Positions 12,001-18,208 of a stretch of 64,000 bases of DNA are shown here, in pieces. The notes under the pieces are model-generated. The model did not search any database. It saw nothing but the letters and a program-made list of their open reading frames with translations, and was not told the origin of the DNA. Source of the DNA: Candidatus Omnitrophota bacterium (lineage in GTDB: Bacteria > Omnitrophota > Gorgyraeia > Gygaellales > Profunditerraquicolaceae); assembly GCA_028717245.1 (NCBI GenBank), contig JAQUOD010000002.1:204772-268771 (forward strand), read 5' to 3'. The translations under genes and the position numbers were made by a program. The stretch's first letter is position 1. Each line of letters starts with the position of its first letter.

Positions 12001-14530
12001 CGATATCGAAGCCCGGCTTAAGAATGTGGTGAGATTTACAGATGTGCAAGAAGCTGTTTCTAAAGCGCCAGTTAAAGAAAGATCTGTATCTGCGCAGGCA
12101 GTGGTTGTAGAGAATTCAGCAGAGGGAAGAAAAATTACTCCCAAGCAAGCCAAACCGGTTACAAAAATCAAGGCCACGGGAGTTGATAGGTTAAGGCAGA
12201 TTTCCGTTTTGCTTGAAAGAGGATTGGCGTCCGATGGGTTTACGGGATTTCAAAGAGAGGCTTATGAGATTAGCGAAGAAATGGCAGCAGAGCAAGGCAA
12301 TGTTGCCTTAAAACAACTCTACGATTTAATTACAAGGCCGGATTTACACCAAGGCGTAAACAGGTGGATAATCGGAGGAATAAGTAATTATTTTAAGCGT
12401 CCGAGCGTGAGCTTAAAGGATATTATGCTTTTACTTGCCGACGAATTTTGGCAAGATAACGCGGGAACAGGAAATATGATAACCGGCGTAATGATAACGG
12501 CGGTTAAAAGGCGATTACCCGAATATAAGGGCGCTGCAGGGATCGTCGAATTACACGTCCTGCTCCACGATAAGAATATTCGTAAGTATAAAGGCCTGCG
12601 CGCCTTGTTGTACAATCAAATCAGGGGCGATTTAAATAATATAATTTCCCTCAACGAATTAATTGAATTATATTTAAGCCAGAGATGGTTCGAGGGCGTG
12701 GGCAGGAATATGGTATTTCCCAGAATAGAAGAATTGATCGGTAAAGGCGCGTTAGCGCGGGTTGATTTTTTTAAGCTGGCTAACTGGTATATGGACCCTT
12801 TTCTTGATTCGGAAAGAAATGAAAAATCATTTTGTGAAGAACTGAATAGAAGGATTAGGGGCTTAGATTTAAATACAATAGATTCATACCTCGTTGATTC
12901 CGGCATCCCTAGAGAAGTAAAAGAATTAATACGGAAAATAAGAGGTGATGAACTTAAGGGTTTCTACGAAGAAAAAGAAAGGGAAAAGAAAGAGGCAGAT
13001 AGAAAACAAAAGATAGGGGGTCATTTGGCTTGCGTAGAGAGATTAAGCGCGGAGGGTAAATTAGAGGAATCGTCGGCAGAATTACGGGTACTACTTGAAG
13101 TTGAGCCTGAAGATGAAGGAGCGTTGTTAGAGTTTATGCTGCAACGGTGCAGCAACGCACAAGTCTTAAATAATTATATCCGTATCAGGAAAGATTTTAT
13201 AATAGATAAAATTCTGGAGGCCAAAGAAGGCAGGCCAGATTATTTCTATTGTTTGCTTGAAGTCATGCAAAAAGTTTACGGCCGGCAGGATATAGACAAA
13301 AAGGTCGCAGAGGAATTTAAAGCTCAGGCGCAAGAAATAATAAAATCCATAATTGACAGGGACATCAAAAAAATAAACCATATCTTTACGCTTCCTGCCA
13401 GCAGAGAGGTAAAACTTGGCATGCGCGATGAGATTCTGGGAGGCCTTTTTCTAAAGACGGATGATTTAGTAAAACGATTCCTGGATACCTTATCTGAAAA
13501 TGAAATCCCTGTGTTTCTGGAGTCAATGTCAGGAGCCGTCGCTTTTTATGATTTATGCGCGCGCAAGGATATAAGTAATGCCATAAGGGCGCAGCTTAGG
13601 CAGATAGTAGATTCAGCCATTGATTTTATATACTTTAACCGTTCGTTTGACTTGCCGCGCAATACTATGCTGTTTATTAAATGCCTGCTTAGTAAGGAAG
13701 AGTTTTCTCAGACTGTATTCAGCGTTCAGGCAGAGTTGATGCCTTATTTACAAGAAGACAATCAGGATAAACTGATGGGATTTGTGATGGATAAAAATAT
13801 TTCTTATAAGGAAAAGAAGGCAATTTTATTCCGGTTAGCGATGTTGTGGACAGAGTTTTTGAATAAAGACGGAAGCCCAGGGCAGATAGCTAATCTGTGC
13901 GATAATGCTGACCCGCTGGTTAGGGCGTATCTTTATTATGCCTTGTCTTTGATACGCAGCCCTAAATATGACGAGGCGAAGGCGATACAACAAGAGCTTG
14001 CGCGTAAAATAGCGGGTCTGGTTAAGGCAGGACAGATAAATAGAAAAGCGTTGATGGATATTCTTTATGAACTTCAGCCGGTAGATAGTCGTAACAGGTT
14101 GTTCTTAATCTACTGTATAGTGGCATCTTTAGCGGTTGAGAGAAAGATTTCCGCGTTCATTCCCAAGGAAAATCCGGGCGGTAAGATGTTAACAAAAGAT
14201 AGCAGTAAGTTGATAAAAGAAGCGTTGGCCGAAGCAGCAGAGAGCGATTTTGTAAAGAGCGATAGCTGGCATCAAGAATTGATTGAAGACGCGTTATGGT
14301 TGCTTGAGCAGGATGATAATTTAAAGAAACATGCCCTGAGGAATATAATTGAATTGATTACAGCTGCGGGGAGCTCAAGTAATATTTGGGCACTCTATAG
14401 GCGTAAGATTGACGCTTTGAAGAAGAAAAGAAAGGGCACTCTTGGCAATGTAGTTACTATTCCGGGCAAACAGGAACCGTTTACAAGGCAACAGCGTTCG
14501 CCTGGATGGGATGGTTTTATTTATAAGTAG
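56..14530 (+). CDS. giant multidomain membrane protein (4,824 aa): N-terminal TM bundle and coiled coil, two atypical kinase-like modules, Methyltransf_11-like SAM MTase, two MidA/NDUFAF7-like MTase modules, DOT1-like MTase motif, HEAT-like repeats, embedded DedA/VTT-like multi-TM block, helical C-terminal third
   Basis: Single uninterrupted 14.5-kb frame in an AT-rich genome; the other five frames show only ORFs under 160 aa. ATG at 56, but this frame has no stop back to base 2, so the true start may lie upstream of the window. Motifs were read directly from the translation (see findings). Confidence 0.85.
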   Translation: MKRCEAAIMKLIMEQNGTLSDWEVFYYYGWYMRIRKKSAAASRFSGSSLRGLPNIVLALGTGFIAAMLLRANGHSGINWLNISAGLLLAGLPVYIMIRGLRKISINDLSQSLKKLTRDDIIGFIILVGYLIVYAAIVYAAFWLMQLTAAPSLAPHSMLPNMPFGQALPFTISDLTGFFISAAFLVGMARGSIGGAGQRNIIRESGNAKKIMPEDEIRASVTNLYVWFDILKGTDPKISAALSKIYSAYQELDFSQNNRAKLNELTEAKARLKEGLEQLRGILLGRENELTGVMAKLLEKQRVASKDAPTRIGEMKREIKAALAKLESKSTNALSLNPYAFSLIFSILAPFMPVLGPLVSIAVNQMYSLPACIFVIEAILNKTQAKRKPKEDMVKETEDEKSERLRQAKIYYKEGLYYAQAGLTDFEKGNVKAARRNWFTAIRNFKEATDSSWEYTEAYYNWALVYYRYYNTFVKQPSPRGVFAKIAAAIRGDEEHKKEVWEEYLYEIKFILGLFPELRKKLEGKIIIPDLDSGDISPSPSGGNNSLAHGGDVGKAQFSLGSGSEASGIELVTGREPREQYYGPVPDGDLFRGSTRAKHKFEDGITRSSGRAPGKKIYKSQIIRDAIRDRIPCFFLMLVKNIDFAVPIKRIIVPRDIANLELEGKTPFEKKVIRLSHDLLNQLKNQHNIEVLIKEGDDSILEHETEDFGITLNGAEGRLSPENFKEISRKTGSLLAGLHKAGVIASDSHPANFIVNTETMEVRRIDFEWVDIFDKELARELTQKYEFSEAELRGLGIHSTRIPSSEMTKEILTLIWTEKDKSKNLHNSLFIWPFAGGYLSVKHEFDEWEEDLERMLYYLLSFRDKEEGNLGGKANTEAEQYGKTVPESEQPVKETRPNPASSIEVIEATPKYRQDIISLIHSSFPELDNEMERILRDNRVFVALVKVREEWEFAGAVLTAIKRVINEKGEIVLPATYIDASKHESNFTAQPHSFWLIDFAIAVSPEIKVKGISDALIQATDKYTDEQGLMRPDAASRARDAGKFKDALLQERAKALPEAKAKNLSGLNIMIRYLMTTTLNPKGVVKDSFAKYAAMPNGMSPFLLWLKESKRLARSDGVDDSPYANFVNVISPLLEEIDKHSPKDLEGFLKTYDDFDYSRLAQPDVIEEFGKLLRDFINGSSRYEDQIIAGLHMRLGAHIGRITKNSLPGHPETLDMNIHMFYPEKVNDNIPPADNPVLPVQGVSPNGTSSEAHARNMIPPLVLTLYFARMAGFAMPSLELSASEIDPVIVILLLMFLFVIKKVVVEEIDKRSEKLNRARIDKILNSNEIKADDTVAKPVIKNYNYPERITPHNAPIAKVFKEPLPPSARFYPKTEPSLRLMDSKYQNIAREFKEAIQNKPFPTEGMFLEIGHGGNLSSPGFAIKFGLEPWGIDLDRHANADTINDIVGQAENILPLIKDNSFDVIAVIDTFGIMTRENSFYKAQPIDPVWLIMQIARILKPDGYLVIADFSADLEDLKLKYGMELNKLAEGAGLKVLRYRIEGSRAISIIYKPSELSPLAPRVGAAGLEIAEFKKPTEIGLGQRPSTAVTLDDVQLPSVIEKDRKDAALSSRSRIEIEEVPIPDAMAEDASKDSFSFKEYMDAALYNPGWGFYGSGRVQFTRGKDFETYPKILSPVFGELVCEQAFKMWKGMLAAKTISEAEEFTIVESGAGEADLSYDLLSHAEELAKSDELWNIFYRQLVYISLERSPKLVKRQKEKNAKFSPKFRVIEGDARDVAKLIKKPIKGLILSNELMDNFAVYKVRFEPDGATKTPLAIPLISVELAKELSKRGIIRELDLAMRNEQLKKDFYLPNKKGKLYISKSDFLKIKAELSKQEYRQLEDSFDTQIDFVEAYLDIKYFPELFDYVHKNRRELSFAIAKEAKAVTAYLSPDAVRFIQSAAGILDKGYILTIDYGASTQGLLNPEYIKHPIMMYGPVSVRDIFDANPYHLPGKCDITVGVDFTSLVETGENAGLKLKFYGVQGNLESGITNLSHDEESKSRIVARRLKREYPQAKAPEGLQEGIRGQVEDDIRSFKKDFLGGNSVKMLIQQKEGTDEQYEYKIPSVVSLEEMSLFARRKIPAKQRPLFLEPRINAAIFIDDFCNLGLPEKIDADVLVKAIRASGILLMPDNKDNKKFIKKERFEPYEFASNSYPAYHWLVFGGQLEACIANQAREIISGVSECPANTKMWITLPLNAIGCFSGRDERKYGLPRYLAKYLVKEYSSFAEGLRPIKEPYTQIDTKDVEINFGDWAIVEFDPYSNASIFQENIGLTILENGRELCCIKPDGRRMVVLNFISKKPENVFSLLQQSSAIKQAGQKESISGNNTLPQGTINKKTLNPALGPGTYDPRDLATLQGQNSNSGKTGSDSIFSYILAHDFMSPNKVGYIQAIRAMLPVKNQRRRCLYIALGGDYSTSQMVSQALETICVDRLPFEPLITLSKEEADLYKAVYIKDRYYANFASSVQSVEGAVLRRVGAKEYFLWELEMMGAQDIEISFDTALNANKISFILPGESMQKSIIYFSFDARNIEAYPQALLNLIKEGLDSFIFKASDGVVLPLQIKDIITNSFDPEAMLFLDSEASFSHTYLEEIDEAKMGQIRNFEKMGYAFGYEKVRLLRPKKPEIPSLPAGGIEVEKRKTRQHHSNDIYQEPSPLPSLLAKNRIEVYLDDIAPRFFKLMRAEFSDDNRLCLISSRITGLVLADKFGIPIDNKSANRMEVRLCPYFDDGGKRYHQMLIIYRNNNPWLFVYPVLGLFYSGLEGRIICRDYQKLSEYNFMDQGRTSWVLDEQLQQRIERVAQEIVGDGNLGYGSIATTQLAPFEKISRALKIEKLLNENLRQEGLNTPIKHEGTKGLFYESDISDVVKACQVIGLEGKRGIDLGAGVGHAVFAMAVAGLRGVGIEWENHLIGIGNGLLDNKELKKLVDTSRVDLRQGDFMQEDLSQYDIIYYYWNGAGYGNENKAQDALMQKIKQEMRPDTLLIIYRGLDTLSLPGFERKDYPGIPETVRVFRKAEDIRSDLDSPDAEIRSKAISTLLRSDEYTDKEKTLLLLKRVMQDDDKSVRTEARRALTILWYVIEGRPNNNFAEVLQDVGQGLAKPERETLLDILVNSFLNRESRYALNRFCLDTFMKENPKVKINIDERILEADNVAPYLITIAGQLSGINQESLNLEIIFLDNVNAIENRIMESEITLRKYGENGPREMLINIAAFKEKAGYSSQENVIFAKKISEVLNQCINKDSCDFAPIDNTKAALEGFVPLDESFLWKISNLYWQLMGKDSFKDPYADTSFFPELPTHLRKVPNGLYVYHSFASACADKFSKYLCELENRGDLPGRIIVQEWGVGNADFPEKFLGALKRLSAEKVKQQGGTDFYGRVTYVIGDISLKMLENIRQAEWYPQHKEKIEFSVMDAVNPPQAYRGRTLLLINSYLYCVLPAKVIAKKEGRFYEMCVRAYLNKDIRIKTREGKDVSAEEFTEMLVKNDIQALSKLNPSFWYALNYEEVYKEFDPRSNSWGDYIAWITQGKDNCRFIINNQALESLTKSLDLLDEKRGMIWIFELTSPDALNNPLAGPMSFGPTLATPVNTSLLEYAINKNRGWKISVSPSTMFLPEDTKRAQKYTYIEVEKNKSPHIDTKNTALCFNPFIFSLLIPSLMPLIIFLGVAVFPSAPFIPAWLPVIKTMVTSAVVKIQNIVSKIKDRFIQIKPVLYLDILIFFFTIGIFIPLYFFRDKIGELGAYGYFVAFCISILTNLTVFFPVPGIVATGALATVFNPFWIGIVVGIGATIGQITSYGFGYSGKSIINGNRIYQKLMNWIQGLLIYKKINNWVEKRPNLSIFISYFFPIPGVSDTVGAIAGSAKYPFWKYFIFCMLGNIPKHIFYAYFSAWGLNLFFPDIFKLGISGNPLISLPLLAIANLPIMGYDDFEGEEGENHRKRPKNKKRREEDDIEARLKNVVRFTDVQEAVSKAPVKERSVSAQAVVVENSAEGRKITPKQAKPVTKIKATGVDRLRQISVLLERGLASDGFTGFQREAYEISEEMAAEQGNVALKQLYDLITRPDLHQGVNRWIIGGISNYFKRPSVSLKDIMLLLADEFWQDNAGTGNMITGVMITAVKRRLPEYKGAAGIVELHVLLHDKNIRKYKGLRALLYNQIRGDLNNIISLNELIELYLSQRWFEGVGRNMVFPRIEELIGKGALARVDFFKLANWYMDPFLDSERNEKSFCEELNRRIRGLDLNTIDSYLVDSGIPREVKELIRKIRGDELKGFYEEKEREKKEADRKQKIGGHLACVERLSAEGKLEESSAELRVLLEVEPEDEGALLEFMLQRCSNAQVLNNYIRIRKDFIIDKILEAKEGRPDYFYCLLEVMQKVYGRQDIDKKVAEEFKAQAQEIIKSIIDRDIKKINHIFTLPASREVKLGMRDEILGGLFLKTDDLVKRFLDTLSENEIPVFLESMSGAVAFYDLCARKDISNAIRAQLRQIVDSAIDFIYFNRSFDLPRNTMLFIKCLLSKEEFSQTVFSVQAELMPYLQEDNQDKLMGFVMDKNISYKEKKAILFRLAMLWTEFLNKDGSPGQIANLCDNADPLVRAYLYYALSLIRSPKYDEAKAIQQELARKIAGLVKAGQINRKALMDILYELQPVDSRNRLFLIYCIVASLAVERKISAFIPKENPGGKMLTKDSSKLIKEALAEAAESDFVKSDSWHQELIEDALWLLEQDDNLKKHALRNIIELITAAGSSSNIWALYRRKIDALKKKRKGTLGNVVTIPGKQEPFTRQQRSPGWDGFIYK

Positions 14531-14550
14531 TTGGTAAAAACTATGCAGAA

Positions 14551-14590
14551 GAACGGGGACGTTTCCCGACGGGGATACCCCGTTTAATTA
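14551..14590 (+). terminator. candidate intrinsic terminator after the giant gene
   Basis: Hairpin ACGGGG-ATA-CCCCGT at 14569-14583 followed by TTTAATTAAA, 20 bp past the stop codon. Confidence 0.5.
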
Positions 14591-14604
14591 AAGGGCAGAA
14601 AAAG

Positions 14605-15294
14605 GTGAAAGATAGAAGACGCAGTATCCGCTGGCAGATAAATCAACAGGCAAAGGTGAAATTAGAGGGCGCCTATGCCTTTATCCAATGTTTTATTAAG
14701 GATATCAATTTTACGGGCCTGCAGATTTCTCTCCGTATGAAGTTGCCGGAAGATACATTTTTAAAGTTTAACCTGGTTTTATCTGAAGAGGCTACTTTAG
14801 ATATAGAGGCATGGGTAGTTTGGCATAAAAGGAGAGATGATTTTAATGTCTACGGCCTTCGTTTTACTCAGATAAATGAAGAAAACAGGGGGGAAATCTA
14901 TAAATTTCTCTATAAATATTTCCCTGAGGAGGTGGTTAAAAGATGGGGACAAAAAACAGCAGTTAATACAGGAGGCGAGACTATGCAAGACAAGAGGATT
15001 TTTGAGAGGTTTCCCGCGAGTTTACCTTTAAGATTCATCGACTTAAGCGTAAATAAAGAGAGCCAGGCGCAGACACAGGATATCAGCGCTAAAGGGATTG
15101 GGCTAATGACAGATAAAGAGCTTAGCCCGCAAACGCCTTTAGAGATGTGGCTGGATATCCCTGACCACCGCGAGCCGCTTTATACCCGGGGAGAAGTGGC
15201 CTGGTCTAAGCTATTGGGGCCCGATAAATACAGGGTAGGAGTTAATTTAGAAAGGGCGGACTTAATGGGTATAGCGCGGATATTAAGGTCATAA
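14605..15294 (+). CDS. tandem PilZ-domain protein (c-di-GMP receptor-like)
   Basis: Two repeats of the PilZ signature: RRRSIRW ... DINFTGLQI, and KRIFERF ... DISAKGIGL. GTG start, with AAAAAGG upstream. Confidence 0.7.
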   Translation: MKDRRRSIRWQINQQAKVKLEGAYAFIQCFIKDINFTGLQISLRMKLPEDTFLKFNLVLSEEATLDIEAWVVWHKRRDDFNVYGLRFTQINEENRGEIYKFLYKYFPEEVVKRWGQKTAVNTGGETMQDKRIFERFPASLPLRFIDLSVNKESQAQTQDISAKGIGLMTDKELSPQTPLEMWLDIPDHREPLYTRGEVAWSKLLGPDKYRVGVNLERADLMGIARILRS

Positions 15295-15301
15295 TTTTTA
15301 G

Positions 15302-15340
15302 GGCTCTGGCTATGTTAAGAGAAGAAAAGCCAGTTTTTTA
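15302..15340 (+). terminator. candidate terminator after the PilZ gene
   Basis: Stem CTGGCT / AGCCAG with a 16-nt loop, followed by TTTTTT. Confidence 0.45.
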
Positions 15341-15342
15341 AC

Positions 15343-15371
15343 TTGACAGAACTTTAATTATATTATATACT
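15343..15371 (+). promoter_or_regulatory. sigma70-like promoter, TTGACA-17-TATACT
   Basis: Exact -35 TTGACA (15343-15348), 17-nt spacer, -10 TATACT (15366-15371). It lies about 190 bp upstream of the second PilZ gene. Confidence 0.5.
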
Positions 15372-15377
15372 TATGAC

Positions 15378-15486
15378 AAAGATAACAAGAAAACGTTTTT
15401 TTCATAAGAGTTTTTTAAAAGATTTAAAAATCAGGGCCACGGTTGAAATTGGACTTGAAAAGATCCAAAGAAACGCGGCCTTTTTA
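15378..15486 (+). ncRNA. candidate small RNA or 5' leader (about 110 nt) ending in a hairpin plus T-tract
   Basis: The promoter above is followed by a non-coding stretch that ends in GGCCACG...CGCGGCC TTTTTA (15435-15486). No ORF over 20 codons lies in between. Confidence 0.3.
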
Positions 15487-15564
15487 TTTATTGTATAAAT
15501 TTAGGGTTTGTGTTAAAATAAATTTTTAAAGGAATAAAGCCACGGAGAAAGGAAGGAGAGAAAT

Positions 15565-15906
15565 ATGGAGGACCGCAGGGTGTTCGCCCGGATAAATACC
15601 AGTTTTCCTGTAAGATTCTTAGACCCCACTCGCGGGATAGAGGGCCGGGCAGAGACGGTGGACATTAGCGCTAATGGCTTGGGTTTAGTTACTCAAGAAA
15701 ACTTATCGTCCAGGACGCCTTTAGAGATTTGGTTGGACATTCCTGACCAACATGAGCCGCTGTATACCCGGGGGAATGTGGTCTGGTCACAGGCCTCTTC
15801 CGATGCAGGGCAGCAGCGCGTAGGCATACGTTTGGAAAAAGCCGAACTCATGGGCCTGGCGCGCGTATTATGGATGCGGAAACAAGCAGAGGATAGGTTT
15901 AATTGA
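15565..15906 (+). CDS. single PilZ-domain protein, paralog of the C-terminal half of the upstream tandem PilZ protein
   Basis: RVFARI ... DISANGLGL motif. Roughly half the residues are identical to residues 130-229 of the upstream protein. RBS GGAAGGAGAG. Confidence 0.7.
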   Translation: MEDRRVFARINTSFPVRFLDPTRGIEGRAETVDISANGLGLVTQENLSSRTPLEIWLDIPDQHEPLYTRGNVVWSQASSDAGQQRVGIRLEKAELMGLARVLWMRKQAEDRFN

Positions 15907-15914
15907 GTTTGTTA

Positions 15915-17249
15915 ATGAAAAGGATTTGTTGCGCGTTTTTATTTGTTTTTTGTTCTTTTTTATGCCTCGCCGGTTGCGTGCCGCAGCAGTCGGATAAATA
16001 CCAAACCACCTTGACTGTCTGGCATTGGATGACCGACAGAGAAGAAGCCTTCCAGGAGTTGGCCAAAAGATATGAGGCTTCTTCCGGCGTAAAAGTAAAT
16101 TTTGAACTCTACGCGCCATCGGATGCCTACGCGCAGAAGGTGCGCGCTGCTGCCCAGGGGCAAAACCTTCCTGATATTTTTGGCGTGCTGGGCGAGACGC
16201 GGGATTTCGCGTCCTTTATAAAGGCGGGCCATGTCTTGGGCCTGACCTCCTATATGGATGCAGACAGCGCTAAATGGCGTAATACTTTTTTCAGTAAGGC
16301 CCTGGCAGTAAACGGATTCTCCGACGGTAACAGCTACGGCATCAAACCCGGCATTTACGGCGTACCCATAGATATTATGACCATCCAGATGGTCTATAAC
16401 AAGGATTTATTCAAGAAATTAGGGCTTAACCCCAATGCGCCTCCGGAAACTTTTGCGCAATTCCTGGAGATAGGAAAAAAGATATCCGCCACAAATCGTG
16501 GCGGATCGGGCGGAAAAGAGGCAAAGATGCAGGGCCTGGTTTCCGGGTGGGGAGAGATATGGATGATAGATTGTTTAGCAAACAATTACGCTTTTAATAT
16601 CATGGGCGAGGACAAGGTATTGGCCACCATAAAAGGTGAGATTCCCTATACCGATCCCGATTGGGTCAGGGTATTAACGCTTTTTAAGGAGATGCAGGAT
16701 TCGGGGGTTTTATATAACGGATTGGTGACCATGGCCAATAAGAACGCGGAGCAGTTATTTGCTAACGGAAGGGCGGTCTTTGCCTTTAACGGTTCATGGT
16801 GCGTAAATGTATATAAGTCCATGAATCCGCGCCTGGATTACGCCGCAATGCTCCTGCCAAAGGCCTCGGAAAAATTTCCGGTGAGTATCTGGGGAGGCGC
16901 CGGTTCTTCATTTATGGTAAGCGCTAAATCAAAAAATAAAGAAGAGGCAGTAAATTTTTTAAAATGGCTTACTGACCGCAGCCAACAGGCATATTTAGCG
17001 CAAACTACTTCCAACCCCCCGGCAAATAAAGAGGCGTTAAGTGAGATTCCTCCTGTCCTGGCGCAGTTTGCCGATGATATGGAGTACGCCACGCATCCGA
17101 ATACTTGGGGCGTATCCGAGTCACCCCAGGTTATAGAAACCTTTAATAGAGGGATACAGTCAATAATTATCGGCGAGAAGAGCCCCGAACAGGTAGCGCA
17201 GGAAACGCAGAAGATTAAAGAAAAAGAATTAGCAAAAAAGAAACGATGA
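15915..17249 (+). CDS. ABC transporter substrate-binding lipoprotein, carbohydrate (family 1 SBP)
   Basis: Lipobox LAGC after a hydrophobic signal; overall extracellular solute-binding protein pattern. ATG 15915 is preferred over the TTG at 15903 reported by the ORF track. Confidence 0.7.
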   Translation: MKRICCAFLFVFCSFLCLAGCVPQQSDKYQTTLTVWHWMTDREEAFQELAKRYEASSGVKVNFELYAPSDAYAQKVRAAAQGQNLPDIFGVLGETRDFASFIKAGHVLGLTSYMDADSAKWRNTFFSKALAVNGFSDGNSYGIKPGIYGVPIDIMTIQMVYNKDLFKKLGLNPNAPPETFAQFLEIGKKISATNRGGSGGKEAKMQGLVSGWGEIWMIDCLANNYAFNIMGEDKVLATIKGEIPYTDPDWVRVLTLFKEMQDSGVLYNGLVTMANKNAEQLFANGRAVFAFNGSWCVNVYKSMNPRLDYAAMLLPKASEKFPVSIWGGAGSSFMVSAKSKNKEEAVNFLKWLTDRSQQAYLAQTTSNPPANKEALSEIPPVLAQFADDMEYATHPNTWGVSESPQVIETFNRGIQSIIIGEKSPEQVAQETQKIKEKELAKKKR

Positions 17250-17276
17250 TTTCGTTATTGGGTTACTTGCGTTTTT

Positions 17277-17327
17277 GCGTTATAGCGTTCGAACGCAATA
17301 ACGCTATAACCCTATAACGCTATAACG
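17277..17327 (+). promoter_or_regulatory. 28-bp imperfect palindrome centred on GCGTTCGAACGC, plus three CTATAAC(G) direct repeats, between the SBP and permease genes
   Basis: GCGTTATAGCGTTCGAACGCAATAACGC is self-complementary except for one position per arm. It is followed by GCTATAAC CCTATAAC GCTATAAC immediately before the ATG at 17328. Confidence 0.4.
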
Positions 17328-18206
17328 ATGAGAATTAAGTCCACATTAGAAAATTATCTATTTGTTTTGCCCGCGGTATTAATCTTCGTTATTTTTTACA
17401 TTATTCCTTTTATCTGGGTCTTTCAACTGGGGATGTATGAATGGGACGGTATACTCCCCACCAAGGTCTTTGTGGGCCTGGCGAATTTTAAGGAGATATT
17501 CTTTGAAGATAAGATCTGGTGGCAGTCCATGCTTAACGCCGGATGGATTACTTTTATTGCTTTAACTTTTCAAAATGCCCTGGCATTTCTTTTAGCCTTA
17601 GCCTGTGACCGCGAGATAAAACTAAAGCATTTTTACCGGCTCATCTTTTTTATCCCGCCGGTTTTATCCGAGGTAGTGGTAGGCCTGGTCTGGCAGTGGA
17701 TGCTCGACGGGAACTATGGGTTGTTAAATCATTGGCTTACGCAATTAGGCCTGGGGAATTTAGCCAGGAATTGGCTCTCTGACCCCCGAACCGCACTTAC
17801 TACCGTGGCTATTGTGCATTCCTGGAAGGGGTTTGGCTGGGGATTTTTGATATTTTTAGCCGGCCTGCAGACGATACCGCGCGAACTCTATGAGGCGGCG
17901 CGCTTAGACGGAGCAAATGCCTGGCATTGTTTTAAAAAGATTACCCTTCCTTTAATGGTGCCTGTGGCAGTATTGGTAGGGATACTCACGGTCTTAGGCA
18001 CCATGCAGGCTTTTGTCCTGATTACGGCCATGACCGACGGCGGCCCGGCATATCATACGCAGGTGCCGGTGCTAAGGATCCTGTGGGCAATGCGCGGTTC
18101 ATCGCGTTTCGGTTATGCCTGTGCCCAGGGGATTAGTTTCGGTTTGATTCTGGTGGCAATTTCTTTTATTCAGTACCGTTTTTCGCGCAAGGCGCGCCAA
18201 GCATAA
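17328..18206 (+). CDS. carbohydrate ABC transporter permease (MalF/UgpA-like, 6 TM)
   Basis: EAA-type permease motif region ELYEAARLDGA...ITLP. Confidence 0.75.
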   Translation: MRIKSTLENYLFVLPAVLIFVIFYIIPFIWVFQLGMYEWDGILPTKVFVGLANFKEIFFEDKIWWQSMLNAGWITFIALTFQNALAFLLALACDREIKLKHFYRLIFFIPPVLSEVVVGLVWQWMLDGNYGLLNHWLTQLGLGNLARNWLSDPRTALTTVAIVHSWKGFGWGFLIFLAGLQTIPRELYEAARLDGANAWHCFKKITLPLMVPVAVLVGILTVLGTMQAFVLITAMTDGGPAYHTQVPVLRILWAMRGSSRFGYACAQGISFGLILVAISFIQYRFSRKARQA

Positions 18207-18208
18207 AC

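Noticed and set aside
466-13381. More than 20 short ORFs (60-156 aa) on the minus strand and in other frames across the giant gene
   Set aside because: All are embedded antisense or out of frame within a strongly coding 14.5-kb frame. Their translations are low-complexity or hydrophobic junk with no recognisable motifs. They are the expected shadow ORFs of a long gene.
17287-17304. 12-mer AACGCAATAACG shared between the SBP-permease spacer and the spacer before the aminotransferase gene (49742-49753)
   Set aside because: In 64 kb, on the order of a hundred chance 12-mer coincidences are expected. Only the shared position just upstream of start codons is suggestive, which is not enough to call a motif.
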